Assembly (NCBI GenBank): GCA_044892505.1
Contig: CM097883.1
Span: forward strand, 182,094,001-182,158,000
Direction of reading: 5' to 3'
Source: Schmidtea nova
Taxonomy: Eukaryota
Length of the DNA: 64,000 bases
Shown: one piece after another, positions 23,701 through 36,858 of the stretch
Layout of the letters: each line of letters starts with the position of its first letter
How positions within the stretch are numbered: position 1 is the stretch's first letter
The notes under the pieces: model-generated
The model's database searches: none
What the model was told of the DNA's origin: nothing
Seen by the model: the letters and a program-made list of their open reading frames with translations, nothing else
Translations under genes and position numbers: made by a program

Positions 23701-26510
23701 TTCTTCTCCGAGCGTCATCAATATTATAGATGAAGATTTCGAAGCTAGATTCGACAAGAAATGTGTCGTCAAATGGAAATGGAAGTCTGGACCAGCGATA
23801 TTGTGGAACAAGATTGCTTGTTATAAGATGGCAAACGATATTCAAGCACCGATTGATGCAGAGATGAGGCGTTGGATAGAGGAAGGATGGCTTGTACCGG
23901 CCGAATAAAACGTCGGTGGTACGATTCCATTAATGGCAGTGGATCAGCCAAACAAGAATAAAGTTCGACCTGTTATGGATTTCCGAGAATTGAATAAGTT
24001 CGTCAAGAGTCACACTGGGCAAAGTGACGTGTGTGGAGAGTCATTGAGACAATGGCGAAAGATGGGTAGAGATGTTATTATGCTCGACTTAAAGAATGCT
24101 TATTTACAGTTGCATGTCGATGAAGAATGTTGGAAGTATCAAAAAGTATGCTATGACGATAAGTTTTACTATTTGACTAGACTGGGATTCAGGTTGGATG
24201 TAGCCCCAAAGATTGTGTCTAGTGTTTTGTAAAAAGGTGTTGAGTCTACGAAGTGACATTGCTAAAGCGACAGATAGTTATATAGACGACATAATAGTAG
24301 ACCAGTCATTAGTTTGCGTCTCGGATGTTGTAAATCATTTGCAGAAATACGGGTTAGAAGTGAAAGATCCAGAGAAGTTCGATGATGCAAGAGTTTTAAG
24401 ATTGCAAATAACAATGCGTAACATGGATCGGATTTGGACAAGAGGTAATGAGCTTCCTGTCTTGAAGAGTGGGCAGGAAGTGTCGAGACGTCAATTATTT
24501 TCAATTTGTGGTCAATTGCTCGGTCACTATCCAGTAGCAAATTGGTTGCGAGTTGCGTGCGGTTTCATAAAACGTCACAGTATTGGAGAAAAATGGAATG
24601 ATAAAATTGGGCATATTGCGCAAAAGATGTTAACTGACACTATTGCTCGTGTTTCCAAAGACGACCCGGTGCATGGCGAATGGCATGTGTCAGAACAACT
24701 TAACGGTGTAGTATGGTGTGACGCAAGTAGTTTGGTCTTGGGTGTTTGTTTGGAAATTGGAGGTCATGTAGTTGAAGATGCGTCCTGGTTGAGGAAGAAG
24801 ATTGATGTATGTCATATTAATGTAGCCGAGCTAGATGTCGTTATTAAAGGCATAAATGTAAGTCTAGCTTGGGGCCTGAAAGATATCTTAATAAAAACAG
24901 ATTCAGCCACTGTGAAATGTTGGGTTACCTCTATATTGTCCAATCAAGAAAGAGTACGTACACACGGAATATCAGAGATGTTAATTCAGCGGAGATTACA
25001 GATAATCAAGGAGTTGCAAGAAAGTTTCAATTTAGCTCTTTCGATAGAGTTACTATCTACAGAGAGGAACAAAACGGATATACTATGGAGAGTACCTAAG
25101 ACGTGGTTGTACTGGGTAAAGGCTGTAACATCTGTAGTAATTACAAGAATGGATGACTTAGTAAAGTCTCACAATGCTCATCATTTAGGCGTTGAAAGAA
25201 CGTTGCATCTTGTTAAGAGAAAATTCCCAAATATTACTAAGAAAGACGTGCAAACTGTCATTAGCAAATGTATAGAATGCAGATCTATTGATCCAGCACC
25301 GGTTAAATGGAAGCACGGGAAGCTTGATGTCAAGGTAAATTGGAAGAGGATCGCGATCGACGTGACTCACTATAAGGATAAAAGGTATTTAACAATTATC
25401 GATTGTGGACCGAGTCGGTTTGCAATTTGGATGGAGATAGCTAGCGAGGAAGTTGGAGTCATAATTCGAAATTTAGAGCAGATATTTAGGGAAAGAGGTT
25501 CACCAGTAGAAATACTCGTAGATAACGCTACATCTTTTAGATCTGGAGCGATGGATTCACTGTGCAAGAAGGGGGGGGGGGTTAGGCGCATGTTCAGATG
25601 TGCTTATTGACCTGCTGGAAATGGGATAATCGAGCGGAACCATAGAACGATTAAGCGTATGGCATCACGGTCTGGCGGAGAACCATTGGATATGGTTTAT
25701 TGGTAAAATGTGGCGTTAAGAGACGATGTTGATGAGGACTTGTCTCCTTTCGACCTAACGTTCAATTACGTAAAGAGACACCCAGATGAAGTGGAAGATG
25801 TCTTGACGGATCCAGAAGGCGGGTTTACTGTGGGAGAGGCGGTTTTTGTAAAACCTCCTGATGCAAGATGTACTTCTCGGTGGAATGAAGGAAGAGTGAC
25901 AAAAGTAAATTCATCTACAAATTTTGAGATTGACGGTATGCCTTGTCATGTTTCCGACATAAGATAAAAAGAGAATTCCACAGAGGACGAATTACAAATG
26001 CAAGACACTACCGAGGTCGCAGAGTTAGAAGTTGAGAATTCAGTGCGTAGAAGTATAAGAGTACGAAATCCGCCGCGTTACTTGGATGACTATGAACTGA
26101 CGAGCGATATTCATGACGACATCACGGGGAGATGTGCTTAATTTAATTATTATTGTTATTATTATATTTAATTATTGTTTAATTTAATTTCAGTTGTTTT
26201 AATGTTGAGTGTATTTGAAATAGATTTAAAATTTTTAGAAGCAATTGATGTTATATAATAAATATTCCAAAATTTGTTAATTATTTTTACTACAGAACTG
26301 TACAGAGAACTGTCCAGACTAGGAACACAGCCAAATATTACGGTATTTTCTATTAAAATAAGTAACGCTGTGCGTGAAACTGTCTCTGATAACCGATTAG
26401 CACTAACAGCAGTTGAAGTTGATGTACTAAACATTTCTTTTGACGATAGTGATTTTAAGCCAACACAGAAAAAGAGAACGCGGCTACTATCCGAAATTGA
26501 CTTTGAATAA
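20753..26510 (+). mobile_element. Tigger/pogo transposase pseudogene (20753-22459 and 26295-26510), split by an LTR retrotransposon
   Basis: CENP-B-like HTH (SISLETKIQI), FTASNG, KDRITFLFCSNAAG, LLVADNAPGHP, FLPPNTT. The frame ACYKEL resumes as YRELSRLGTQPNIT after the insert. TIRs were not confidently located. Confidence 0.85.
22460..26294 (+). mobile_element. Compact Ty3/Gypsy-like LTR retrotransposon (3.8 kb), degenerate
   Basis: LTRs 22460-22627 and 26133-26294 (TG...CA), perfect 5-bp TSD GAACT, PPT ACGGGGAGA. Gag with two CCHC knuckles (22645-23334), PR IDSG, RT LDLKNAYLQ/YIDD, RNase H, and integrase HHCC-DDE, all broken by stops and frameshifts. Confidence 0.93.
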
Positions 26511-28631
26511 AAATAATTAATATTAAAAACCATTTTTATTTTCGTGAATACAAATGTGATTTTTGAAAATTTTTTTTCTAAGGCTGAATATTTTTTAAAA
26601 ATCTATATTAAAACTTTAACGGCTATATAATAAAATAATAATAATAATAATAATATGTGTTAAATACAGGGAAAATGTTAAAAGTATTTGAATTTGATGA
26701 ATAATATAGCAAAAGGATGAATAGATACAGGTTGAACATACACATTGAGCCAGCCCCAAACAAGTCGTAAAATACGAATATTCCTTGCCGATGACCAAAT
26801 TATTTCTCTTCGAGATCCTGACAGTTCATTTTGTGATTGATTTTGACAATTTATCTTTATTATGTTGACAATTAATTTTTATAATCTATCACCATGAGAA
26901 TTTATTAGAATGACAATTTATAATTTGACAATTTATCAATTTACAATTTGAGATCTTGCGAACATTTATTGACATTTTTTATGGCGATGAACAAAATTTT
27001 ATGCATTTTGAAAGTATATTTTGTGTAGAGCCCACCAAATAACCTAAAAACGGAGAAAATAATACAACAATTAAAAAAAAAATAATAAAAATAATTTACC
27101 AAAACATAGCAATCTAGAAAAAAGAATAGAAATAAATAAGCAATTAACAATAAATAAATTACCAGTAGAAAGAATTAGCATATTTCGCAACAGAGCGACC
27201 AGCGGGGGTCCTGAAATAGAAAATTATAAATTAATAAAAACTAAGTCCAAATAATTAAATAATTACTTGGAAAATCAGGACCACCCAATGAGAAATCTGA
27301 AACGGAAATAAAATATTATTTAGAATAAAGAAAAATGAGTGACATACTTTGATAGACGGCCTGATCCTGATTGGTCAATCTGACCAACTGGATCAATATA
27401 AATACCGATCCGAAAACCACAATAGCAGCATATATTAAAACTTAAAAGTGAGACTCAAAACGATTACATTGTTTTCAAGCCGTCATAATTTACAATATTA
27501 TTAAAAAGAATTTGCTCAATTCTTAAAGCCAAAGTAAAGTTTATTCGTTGTTGTATGATTTTTAATTTATTGTTTCCATGATTTCATCGATTAATATAAT
27601 TTAGTTATAAAATTTTCATTTTTATTTTATGCTTCAATAACCTATAGATATGCTTCTTCGACTGCTAACGCGGCAAGGGAGTTAGTCGTTGTCTTGGAGC
27701 CCTGGGGCTTCACACGGCGGTTAGACCTTTTTATTTTTATGTTTTGGTTAAAGTTTTGATAATTTCATTAGAACTATTTTTTGATGAAAGCTTTTAAAAA
27801 CTAGTTTCAGTATGAAACATGTTTTATTTTTGCAAATTATTTTGCAGTTCCACGGTTGCACATAGGGTGGGTCGGAACACCCAGAGATGAAAGACATATT
27901 TGTAAGGGGAAAGAATAACTCAGCCTTAAGCGGCATCCCGAAATTTTATTTGGCTCATCATATTCCAACACGACACATTTAATGAGGGGCAAATTGACAT
28001 TTTCAGAAAGAGACATTCAACAGGGATTTTAACACGTTTTTACCAATAGCAAGTAAACGAGGTTCTATGAGAAATAGCACAATTCAGCTCAACACATGGC
28101 AGACGAATAAACTAGATAATTATAAGGCGATCATTTGATTACTAATCGACAGTTTTACTATAAAATCGATTGCGAATTGAACAATTTGGTGTAATACGTA
28201 AACACCTCGTAGTGATCATATTATTTTATTACTAAACCATCCACATTTTCAATAAAGCGAACAAAGTCGAACAATTTTCTCGATCGAATTATCCAGCGAA
28301 TAATGCGGGTACCGATTTAGAGTAAACAAGATCGGATCTAATTAATGTAAATTTTAATCCTGATTGCTGTAGGTAGCGCAGGAATTTAACGAAAATTTTT
28401 ATGGTATTTATCATGATCGCTGTACATAGCGCAGAGAGTATATGAAATAAAAAATTAATCAATCCGATCGTGGTATATCGCAACGGTGTTGATTGAACAG
28501 GTAGATAAATTTCGCTTTCCAAATATTTAATTTTCTCTCAATAATTTCATGGATTTTTTCTATAAAATAATTCTAAAAATCTTGATTTATCAACCAGTTA
28601 ATTCGTTAATCCTATTATGGTAATAATACAG

Positions 28632-29170
28632 ATGAACCCAAGCGATGTAAAGAAATTTTTAACTACTCATAGAGAGTCATCAAAATCCGTCAATACTGGA
28701 CCCTCTAGGATGCTTCGGATGGGGCTGAAAATTTTGCTATCATCGATACTGCGAACCGTGAATGCGCAAATGTTTAAATGGCGGAGGGAGTTTGGGAAAA
28801 GATGCCCGTTCTCCGTTTGGAACACAGGCAAAGATCTCGTGCTGTATCGGGGAGGCCCGGGTGGCCGATTTCCAACCAGGACTATTCCTCCAAGTTCGGA
28901 CCACTGATGATTTTAATAAATGGAACAAATTGAGAACCAACTAAAATCGTTTATTGGGGACATATCCCTCAAAGTGAAATAGCCAAATTGGGCCTGCAGT
29001 TATTTACATCGCCTCGGCCCCTTGGAGATGAATACGAACAGAGTCAACCGAAGTTTTCCCTGAGCAATTTGCGTAAATCACCGATCAATCAAGGGTTTCA
29101 TGTCGCCTATGTTTTTAGAACAGATTTTTCCAGTTCATAAATCCGTGTGTATTAGTACAAAATAAATAAT
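28632..29170 (+). pseudogene. LTR ORF A homolog, frameshifted
   Basis: SILRTVNAQMFKWRREFGKRCPFSVW, then after a frameshift WPISNQDYSSKFG..IVYWGHIP...KLGL; homologous to 34267-34731 and 40227-40703. Confidence 0.85.
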
Positions 29171-29277
29171 TGCGTTTAAATTTTCTTGTTTTACTTCATG
29201 TATTAAGCATTCATATGCATAGGATCAATTATTCTGAACTAGAGAGATAAAATAATCATTTACCAAACTATTTCAGT

Positions 29278-29870
29278 ATGAACTCAGAAACTCATCAACA
29301 GAAGGAGATTGAGAAGTTATGGCGAATCAGACGGGCTCAAGAGAAAGAGCTGGTTCAAATAAAAGCCCAGTTATCTAAAGCTGAGGCGCAAGTAACATAT
29401 CTACGAAAAGGTTGGTTCGCTCCTGCCAGGATGAAGAATCAAATTTCCCGAACCGAAAGGGCACAACGAACTGCGGCGGACTACAAACTGGAGTGGGAGG
29501 CCACAAAGATCGAGTTGAGAAAATGCCTCCACTCGGTAACGACTTCGTACATTGAGAAGGAGTTGAAATCGCAAATCCGACCCATCACTTATCAAAGCTG
29601 GGTATCGGAGCAAAGAACTATGTGTTCAATTGGTACCGATGTCGAACGGCTATCTGAAGGAAAATCGGACAACACTCAGCAGGCCACCCATGAGGTTCCC
29701 ACGAATACCACTTACTTGAAGCGAAAAAGGATCGGTCAAAAACGCCGGAGATAAAGGAAACTCGTCACCCAGCGGCTCCAGACCCAAGTGGATCGTCTGT
29801 CGAGCCTAACCAAACTCGACTTACTAGCCGAAATCTTTCCACCAGAAGGAAATTTCACCGAATTGTTGTA
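29278..29870 (+). pseudogene. LTR ORF B homolog with one internal nonsense codon (29752-29754)
   Basis: Coiled coil plus WFAPARMK; the frame continues past the TAA as RKLVTQRLQTQVDRLSSL..., aligning with the C-terminus of 41020-41604. Confidence 0.85.
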
Positions 29871-30923
29871 GTTAATAAAACCTTTTACGAAGTGTGCCGA
29901 GATTTCTGTTGTTATTTCTGAATTTTCGCTAATTATAATGCAATTAAACAAAAGGTAGCTAATTTGTAACAATCACATTTTTTTTGTAAAGCTAAATAAT
30001 AAATCATTAACACGGGCGCTCGAGTGAGATAGAAAACGATATATGCATGATCATGGACGGGATATCCCTAGTACCAGTTAGAATTTCTATCTAACCCCTC
30101 CATGAACCCAGCATTTGGTTTGAAAATATTTTATGTAAATTAATTTTTTAAACTATTTGGAACATGGTTTATATTTTGATTTATATCTTAGTATTTTAAT
30201 TCAATAAAATAAATTATAATAATAATAATAAAATAAATAAATAATACTGATTGTTTAAATAAGTTAAAATAAATAAATTACTGTTTGTTTAAATAAATTA
30301 TATTTATGACCTACAAAGGTCAGCAAAATGAAATAATATTCCAAGGTTAAAAAAAATAATTCTATTTTGAAAACAACTCTGTTTTCAAAAAACAATTTCA
30401 ATCAACACAAAAAGCAAAATAGCAATCATTATTTGCAGATTAAGTGCCTAAAAATTTACTATATAAACTGACTGGTTTTCAGTCAAATCACCCATAAAAT
30501 CTTTTAATCTAAATAGAGTTACAATTTCGGTAGACGGCATTTGTAAAACAAATTAGAGCATACAAAATTTACACATTCTATCTCAGGAGACTGTATACAC
30601 TTACATAACACTTATAAACACGAAAAAAATAAAAATCTAATTTTTATTAAGCTTTAAAATGTTTGTGATAGATAAATAAAACTTAGTAAACAGACTTTGT
30701 GTTTTATTTATATACAAACCATCAAGTTGAGATTCTCGGAACCTCAACATATGTATGGATATATGTACTAAACTACAAAACTTGATTTTGATTCTTTAAT
30801 TATTAATTTTTGTACTTTTTATTTGTGGAACCTATCTCGTGTTTTTTGTACTACCGTCTTTTTACACGATTTTTTAGACGATGGTTCGTGGAACCTATAT
30901 ACCGTGTACAAACAGGATTTGGT

Positions 30924-30950
30924 GTATATATATATATATATATATATATA
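30924..30950. repeat. (TA)n microsatellite
   Basis: Direct sequence. Confidence 0.9.
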
Positions 30951-31492
30951 TTCGTAATCTCTGGTAAATTTGAATGGGTTTCGTACATTAAAACGTGAGT
31001 TTTAAATTTATAATATAAAAGTCTTCACAATATTTGCATTTTCAAAATAGTCTTGGGAGGAAATCAGTCAGATAAACGTTAAGTCTACTGTAATAGCCGA
31101 ATTTAATGAAAGTTTTCTGAATATAATATGGCTATAAATGTCTTCAGTGATTTTTAACCTTTTAATTGTCACGACCCACGGAATAGCCATAAAAATTGCG
31201 GTCCCAGTGCAGTCCAAGTTTGATCTGGTTTTTCTCTGATTTTCTAACTTTTTATTATTGTTGGCAAATTTAATCTTTTATTTATTATTGATTTTTTATT
31301 TGTAAATTGGCTTTCAATAGCAAGCCAAATTCAAATTTATAATTGGAATATATATAATGGACAAAAAAATATACAAAAAACGGGGGAACAGACTAAAAGG
31401 GGGCAATAATCAAACGAATTGTGAACATTACAATTATTTATTATAAAAAACCGTTAAAAACAAAAATAATAAAAGCTAAATTTTATTAAATC

Positions 31493-32378
31493 TTATAATT
31501 GCGGGAAACTTGGTTTCTTTAAATAGACAGATTGATGCGAATCATCAACTATGTTTTCTGATACTGGTGAAGGCTTATCAACTTCGAATCCTGATCCCCT
31601 CAATAGTCCATCAACACTGGCATTTTGTCGATTGGGAACAACAGGAACTGAAATAGAACCAATAGGATTAATTGTAACAAATACGTTATTAGTCTTACGC
31701 ATAAATTCAGTGCTACCGGGAAACAATGATATCGGTGCTCGATCATCCGATACTTGTGCTAATAATATTCTCGCATATGCCTCTTCCAATTGTCGGGCTC
31801 TTTCAGCCGCTTGTCTACGTTTCTCTTCCAATGTCAATTTGCTGGGCCGATAACAAGGGGTGTCCATAATAGTATATGGCTCAGGAATTGGTGGCACAGA
31901 TGTCGGGAATTTCAACAGATTTGACAGAACATCTTCATAGCAATACATTCCCGTATTCAACGGTTTTGAAGTTGTTTTTGTATTTTCTGCAGCTGAAACA
32001 CATATATAATTAAGACAAATAGTGCTAGCGTTTCACTTAATACTACGGAGTTTAATTGGTGCACACGGACGAATCAGTACGTCACGAATTTCATAAACAT
32101 TGACCCCTTTAAGAAGCAGCATGTATTTGATGTCGGTTAAATTAGTAATATTTCGATTGGAATTTTCAGTTAGTTTTCTTGAATCATAACCCAAAGTTAA
32201 TAAAACTAGATGATTATTTATAATATATAAATATGAGAAATCATAAATTTGTTATAAGCTAACAATTTATTACAATGCGACACATGAGATTAAAAGCATG
32301 TGAATCAGAATTTTTAAAACCTATTGACTCCAATATGGAAGCAATGGATGAGTGTAAACATTCAATTATTGGATCCAT
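31493..32378 (-). CDS. TAF8: TFIID subunit 8; exons 32378-32264, 32205-32047, 31992-31493 (257 aa)
   Basis: Histone-fold N-terminus (SIASILESIGFKNSDSHAFNLM...LGYDSRKLTENSNR..NLTDI) and TAF8 C-domain (VPPIPEPYTIMDTPCYR...RRQAAERARQLEEAYARI). GT-AG introns of 58 and 54 bp preserve the frame. Confidence 0.82.
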
Positions 32379-33555
32379 TTAGAATGAACACAATTAAAGT
32401 CTTTAAAATTTAATAAAAATTTAAATAAATCGCCATAAACATATATTATTAAAACAAATGACAAACATTTTATGAAAATATCGATTTTTCTTACTAAAAT
32501 TGCAAAAAATACAACTCAATTTCTATTTCATAAAATGCTTTGTATGATTAATAAAATAATAAATTTTGAATTTAGTATTATTATAAATAAATTTAACTTC
32601 AAATCAACAAAAAATACAATAAAATAAAATATTTAAGATGGTTCATCATTGATGCATATAAATTATCAATTTCTATTCCATTCTTTTCAATAGTTAACTA
32701 TTTAATTTTATTAGTTTCGAATACATTAAAATGTATGATTTTTTTCGTGGATTGTGGGAAGGTATCTAGCCTTGAATTCCTATGGTTACGAATGTTAATT
32801 AATAATAATCAGTAAAAATTCCTTTGACTCCTCCATCTTTATCCTAAAATATATACGGGAACGTATGTCTACGTTAGTAGTGTATATCTGTGGTAAATAG
32901 GTTGCTTCGGCAGTGAGGTCGCTTATCTCATTTTGCATTCTCACCTACTAGAGTGCATGTAGTAAACAAAAAATTAGTATAAATACGATGCTGATCTTAT
33001 TCATTCAACGTTTCAGTTGCCAGTCAACTTTACCATCGGTGAATGAGTTGATTAATTTTTGATGTTGCTTTTGTCACTGTAACCTAGAAACCGTTATGCT
33101 GGGTTCATGGAGGGGTTAGATGAAAAATGTTCTAACAATGACTAAGGATCCCTCATCCATGATCATACATAAAATGTGCAACTATACACTCAAGCGCCCT
33201 TGATTATTTCCCTGGAAAATCAAATTGGTGATGCGCATGGTGGTGAAACAATGATGGGCAGGTGAGCACTATTGCTAGTACTACTCCCCATTTAGAAGGA
33301 CTTACGCTTTACTGGTATGCTATGTAATTCACCTAAAATCTGGAGAATTGATCTTTATTATAATTATTTCATTCCTTTACCGTATATAAAATTTGCATGA
33401 AGTTTTCTAATTTGGTGCCCTTATAATTGTTTATTTACTTTATTTTTATTTATCAACTAATTTAAGAAATAGCAAAAATGACAACAATTCAAAATTCCAT
33501 TTATTTTCTATTAAGCTACTAAAAATTCCTTCTGGGGGGAACACTTCATTTAATA

Positions 33556-34096
33556 ATTAATCCTCGGATAATTTGTGTAGCCTGTCTACCTGACTTTGCA
33601 ACTTTTGGGCGAAGAGTTTTCGTTGTCGACGCTATTTCTGTCCGATTCGCTTACGCTTTTGATGCGTATTGACGATTGGAGTGGTAGTGTTGATTGGTGA
33701 ATTTGGTTCGGCGCGGTTTTCGATAAGACCTTCGACGTCCGTACCTATCGAGGTTCCCAATTTTTTCTCCGCCGTCCATTCCTGGTATGTTATAGGTCGT
33801 ATTTGATCCTTTAACTCCCGTTCGATGTAGGAAGTCGTCACGGAGTGAAGGCATTTACGAAGCTCGATTTTGGTAGCTTCCCACTCCATCCTGTAATCAT
33901 CCGCTGTCCGTTGTGCTCGCTCTGTTTTTCCAAGCTGCTCCTTCATTCGAGCAGGAGCGAACCAGCTCTTGCGCAGGTACGCGATCTGCGCCTCAGCTTT
34001 GGCTAGATTTTCTTTGAGGAGACCCAATTCCTTATCTTGGGCTCTCCGAATTCGCCACATCTTTTCGATTTCCTTCTGAGCGGCTGCTAGGTCCAT
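33556..34096 (-). pseudogene. LTR ORF B homolog (ORF 33632-34096, continuing past one TAG)
   Basis: QKEIEKMWRIRRAQ...WFAPARMK...KRKRIGQK*RRQRKLFAQKLQSQVDRL. Confidence 0.85.
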
Positions 34097-34266
34097 TTCT
34101 ATAATTTAGCTAAATTAAAATTTGATGTATCGTCCTCAGGTCAGGCATTATTTATATTTATCAACATTCTCTGCATTATGATATTAAGACAAAACAAAAC
34201 AAAAGAAAAAAAATCAACACCATGAGTATTACTGACTTATTTATTATTATTAAATCATAATGATTA

Positions 34267-34731
34267 TTATTGTGGAAATAAAATATGTAGTTCGTGATTT
34301 ATGGGGGTTCTGCGAAGTCTGGCCCATGAAAATGGGGATTGTTCATCGTTGCATTCTCTTCCGAACGACTTTTTTGGTATGAATGCTCGCAGCCCTAATT
34401 TGGACAATTCCTTTCGGGGGATGTGTCCCCAGTAGATAAGCTGGTTTGGCCTTCCGTCGGCATCATTGATCAAGATGACCATCTGTCCAAACTTCTCGGA
34501 GTAGGGTCTTTTTGAGACTGGCCAATCCGGTCCGGCCTCCCTGCCATCCGCCCAGATGGAGAATGGGCATCTCCGATTAAACCCTCGACGCCATTTGTAA
34601 ACTTGCGCATTGATGGTACGCAAAATCCGTGGTGGCAGCTCCTTGAATCCATTTGTCGCTCTCTCCTTCTCGATTTCCTCTTCCGAGGTGCGGATTTCGG
34701 TTAGTCGATAATTGATCTCTGCTGCCATCAT
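34267..34731 (-). CDS. LTR ORF A homolog (154 aa), unknown function
   Basis: Intact ORF sharing RT.NAQ..KWRR, CPFS.W and .YWGHIP..LG with the other LTR copies. Confidence 0.8.
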   Translation of the reverse strand: MMAAEINYRLTEIRTSEEEIEKERATNGFKELPPRILRTINAQVYKWRRGFNRRCPFSIWADGREAGPDWPVSKRPYSEKFGQMVILINDADGRPNQLIYWGHIPRKELSKLGLRAFIPKKSFGRECNDEQSPFSWARLRRTPINHELHILFPQ

Positions 34732-36858
34732 CTGTACTATCCATTTATCATGTATAATTTATATATAAAGCAAACATTAATAGGTTTCTAAATTTTTATA
34801 CATTGACTTGTCTTCGCCGTGATGTACCGCGGTCGAAATAATGTAATCACAATTTGTCCTGCGCTATGTACAGCGGTCAGGAAGAATAAAAATTCGGTTC
34901 TAAGATTTCCGCGCTATCTACAGCGATCGGTTTATAAATTCATAATTAGGATATTTCGCGCTATTTACAGCGATCGGTTTATATTTAGGTTTCTAGATCT
35001 AGTTTGGATTTCCGTCGCAGTCTGACGCGATCAGAATTTAATGGACGTACGTGTATACCTGTGTATACTTGTTGATTTCTAAATTTGATTATACCGATTG
35101 AAATCGGACTTTAACCCTGGTTGGATCGACAATTTATGTTGACTTATTCGAAATATTTCTACTTTTTATTCACCTCTCTCGACTCTGGGAGTTCAATTCC
35201 AACTTATTTTACTAAATGCTCTGGTGATGAGTCCGCCATACCCCTTAGGTGTCCCTCACCGTCAAATACCCCTCTAATTTTTTACTATTGCAACCGTGTA
35301 ACTCATCCTTTGTGCAACCAAAAAATAAAAATTTTCAATTATCTCCAGTAAATCGACTGGAATAACTCGAATTATCAAAATCTCGTTATCGAAAAATTTA
35401 TCAGACTAAAATTAGAAAAAGGTTGAACCTCCATGTGAGACCGTTAAGCCCCACAACGACGACTCGGGCTCCCTCGCCGCGTGAGCAGCCTAGGAAGCAT
35501 CACTATATGCATGGATAAAAAGTAAAAACAAATAAAAATTCAGCCTTTAAATAAGTTTTAATGAAAAAATCATGGTACATGACAAAATAAAATTACTCCT
35601 TAGTTTTCCGGATTGGTAGTTTCTTCAACAAATTTTCAAAAGTTAAAAGTTCTCTCAAGTTAACAAGTAGAAAAGTGTTAAAAATTGTGATTTTCGGATC
35701 GGTATTTATACTGATCTGGCTGGTCAGATTGACCAATCAGGATCAGACCGTCCATCAAAGTGTTTTTACCATTTTATTTAAATCTAAATATTATTTTATT
35801 TCCTTTTCCGGTTTCTCGCTGGGTGGTCCTGGTTTTTCAAGTAATTAATTAATTACTTGCACTATTAATTTATTTAATTCTTAATTTTCTTATTTCAGGC
35901 CCCCTTTTACTGATTGTTACCGTTTTATTTTTAAAATTTCCTTTTGCTGGAAATTTATTAAATATTATTTACTATTTTATTTCTATTTTTAATTTTTCCT
36001 TTATTGCTATTTTTGTGTTTATTATTTTAAACTTTTATTTTATTTTTGTTGTTTTAGCCTATTTGGTGGGCCCAACAGTTATGAAATACAACCGGTAATT
36101 ATGTCGGTACTGTATGCAGTGGTATGAGAACCAACGACCAAGTGAGCTTCGTTGGTTGTCGATAAAAGGTCTTACGCTCATGATTTCTTAATCTTTCAAG
36201 ATCCATTCATTAATTGTTTTGTATCTTTTAGAACATCATTTATTAATAACAAGCTTCTGCACTCATTTGTCTTTTAACATTTTGAATATTGTTGAGTTTT
36301 CAATGTTTTACCTTAGTCGATCTATATAATCTAATCTATATAATAACATTAAAAATGAGAAGTTTTTGGTTAATCTATTTTCCGCTCGTTAAAGTGGATG
36401 GGGCGAAATTTAGACCCTTGGTCTAAGGCGCCATAATTGCTAGGGCCGGCCCGAATATACTGCTCAAAAGATTTGTTTAATCTTTCATAATTTACAATAA
36501 AAAATTCAAATTATAAACAATAATAATCTTAAAATTTAGATTGCAAAATTATATTTCTAATCACAAAATTATTCTGAATATTAAAAGATACAATGCACAT
36601 ATTTTATTAAAAAAAATTAATAACAAAATTCATAAAAAAGCGCAACATTATCCAATTAGAAAAGCGAGGTAGTGTGAATCCTACAAAATTACAAATGAAA
36701 AAGCAAGTTGAAATATTGACAGGCACTAATATATTAATAAAAAATTTTAATACTAAAAAGCAAACTTTAGCAAAAAAAACCATAGAAAAATATTCCAGAA
36801 AAATCGCAAATTTAAATGCACTCGATATTCATATTTATATATATTAAATACAGTGATG

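Larger units (their letters stand above)
27024..30113 (+). mobile_element. Solo LTR (3,090 bp) of the giant retroelement family
   Basis: Begins TGTAGAGCCCACC and ends CCCAGCA, with perfect 4-bp TSD TTTG. It shares the ATTGG/TATA block, ORF A, ORF B and 3' terminal block with the 5' LTR at 38889-42131. Confidence 0.9.
33097..36077 (-). mobile_element. Solo LTR (2,981 bp) of the giant retroelement family, inverted
   Basis: The minus strand begins TGTTGGGCCCACC and ends CCCAGCA, with perfect 4-bp TSD GTTA. Same internal blocks as the other two LTRs. Confidence 0.92.

Noticed and set aside
20126-26620. Tigger TIRs at ~20128 (CAGTCGTT) and ~26610
   Set aside because: Match is too weak to fix the element ends.
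27652-27726. Self-cleaving ribozyme (twister/hammerhead) in the LTR GC island
   Set aside because: Catalytic core consensus could not be matched; retained only as a conserved hairpin.
27024-36077. The two ~3-kb units as inverted-repeat ends of one large DNA transposon enclosing TAF8
   Set aside because: Each has its own different perfect TSD and TG...CA ends, and they are substantially diverged, so they are independent solo LTRs.
36320-36446. Possible mini-Helitron (TCTATATA start, TTAGACC/GGTCTAA hairpin, CTAG)
   Set aside because: CTAG is followed by G rather than the expected T target base, and GGGCCGGCCC fits a hAT-type end equally well; unresolved.
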